Source of the DNA: Callorhinchus milii
Taxonomy: Eukaryota
Length of the DNA: 64,000 nt
Assembly: GCF_018977255.1 (NCBI RefSeq)
Contig: NW_024704742.1
Location: 65,040,001-65,104,000 of the forward strand
Direction of reading: 5' to 3'
Shown: in pieces, positions 62,388-64,000 of the stretch
Layout of the letters: each line of letters begins with the position of its first letter
Position numbering within the stretch: the stretch's first letter is position 1
Made by a program: the position numbers and the translations under genes
The notes under the pieces: generated by a model
Database searches by the model: none
What the model saw: the letters and a program-made list of their open reading frames with translations, nothing else
What the model was told of the DNA's origin: nothing

Positions 62388-62705
62388 AATAATAATAAAT
62401 AATCCTGGCATTTGACATAGGGCTTTTCATGTCTTCTAGAGACGTCTCAAAGTACTTCACAGAATATACTGTAAAGTGAATTGACTGTATATTTGTGGGC
62501 GAAACGCGACAGCTAATTGCACACAGCAGTGTCCCACAAACAGTTGTGGATTGAAACAACCAATTTTATTATTGTTTTTTTCTGGAGGGATTATTATCAG
62601 GCGTATGGAGTAAGGAAACTTGCCCAAGGTTTTGCCCTGTTGGGAATCGAACCCAGGTCTCTCTCTTGCGAAGTGAGTGCTCTAACCACTGAACTACTGG
62701 GCTCC
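62388..62705 (-). mobile_element. tRNA-derived SINE, full length, short-type
   Basis: Head, body and tail. Confidence 0.9.
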
Positions 62706-64000
62706 ACTATTTTGAAGAAGAGCAAGTTCTCCTTGTGTGTTGTCCAAATTCACTGTTTGTGGAACTGTGCCACATTTGCCTGTGTAACAATGGTAACTTC
62801 AAAGTCATCCACTGGGGTATTCCTGTTATTTCAGACTAAGCAAAAAAAAGTCCACTGGTGATTACTAGTACAATAGAATAATGAAAGCAATGCACACGGT
62901 TATGTACAAATAAACCCCAGCATCCAAACGGTAGCATGCTGCTTTACACCTGCGATTCCTCAGACACTGAAGTATCTCAATTCAAGCATGTAGATGTGCT
63001 GCAGTTGTGCTGTCACATTCCCACAGGTAGGATTCATTATAAAGAAATTGTTTGACAAGCAGTGATTTGCTCTGTGACCTGCAGATAATGCTATGCCTCA
63101 GACACCACACACGATAGTTGTCCAAATAAAGTTTTCTAGATGCATCATTATAGTTCACATCTTGGAGTTATACTACAGTTATGCTATAGAGGGGCTGAAA
63201 GTGGTCTGGGAAAAATTCAACTTAGTTTACGCTGACAGTTCACTCAGATATTCAAGGAAAGATCAGTTATGACGAGCACGTGGTCTTCGACACAATCAAG
63301 TTATAATATAATAATAACAATCAATTTCTGCATTTACCTGGTAACATAACCACTAATACACTTCAGCATTCACAAAACAATTCAATTGTGACAACCAGCT
63401 TTAACCAAACAAGAACAAATGTGATCTCCACCACAAACAATGGCTGCCTCCCACTGTGATACCCAGCTCAAGCATATTTTCAAAATAGCTCAAGCATATT
63501 TTCAGATGAAATCATAACATTTACTGGAAAAATATTACAAATGCCAGCTTCTGTTGTGCAGTAGATAACTCTTAGGGGCAAGAGGTTCAAGTTGTAAAAC
63601 CTCTCATATCCGAGTGGAGTAATTTCAATACCATTTTGATGCAAATTCTGAAAAAAGAGGAAATTCACTCAAGATTGTTACTGCATTCAGTTTGGGGATT
63701 TGCATAGAGAAGAACTTTTAACAATTTAAGACGACACTTTAAGCGCCCAATTCCCAAAAGTAGCTTCTCCTCAACAGCACCAAGTGGAAATTAAACAATT
63801 TCCCACAGAGAAATACTAATTGGTGACCAGTTAGATTACTATTTGTAGAGAGAGGACTTATCTTAAACAAAGTGTGTGAAAGGTGAATGTTTAAAATAAA
63901 TTTAAAAAGATGAAACTATGAACAAAAGGGAGTAAAACATTTTGATTTAAAAGTTTGACTTACTCAGGGTGGAGGGGAGGTTTAACTGAATGATATAGTG

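Noticed and set aside
63955..64000. Donor-like TGA|gtaagt on the minus strand at the window edge
   Set aside because: Preceded by TGA in phase 0, no recognisable coding sequence, and insufficient context to call an exon

Overview
Eukaryotic (vertebrate) genomic DNA, most likely a cartilaginous fish. This is inferred from SacSINE1/DeuSINE-like and shark-type CR1/L2 repeats and cannot be fixed to a species from sequence alone. The dominant feature is a multi-exon FAM193A orthologue on the minus strand. I mapped 21 coding exons by hand (57578 down to the stop codon at 19899). All have GT-AG boundaries and consistent phases and total 4362 nt, or 1453 codons plus stop. The ATG-bearing first exon appears to lie beyond the right edge of the window. 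The left ~19 kb is 3' UTR and intergenic DNA with no credible second gene. The rest is dense with retroelements: about 25 full or partial copies of a tRNA-Ala-derived SINE with a CORE-like centre and L2-type tail, older Deu-domain SINEs, 5'-truncated L2 and CR1 LINEs, and an unclassified poly(A)-tailed repeat. There are also a few DNA-transposon derivatives. I do not see a convincing wholly new biological system. The most noteworthy items are a probable non-autonomous Helitron carrying an 85-bp tandem array (58957-59619), the mosaic SINE and its young deletion subfamily forming inverted pairs around exons, a 66-nt exon missed by the ORF track, tandem splice acceptors, and a strong extended CTCF motif.
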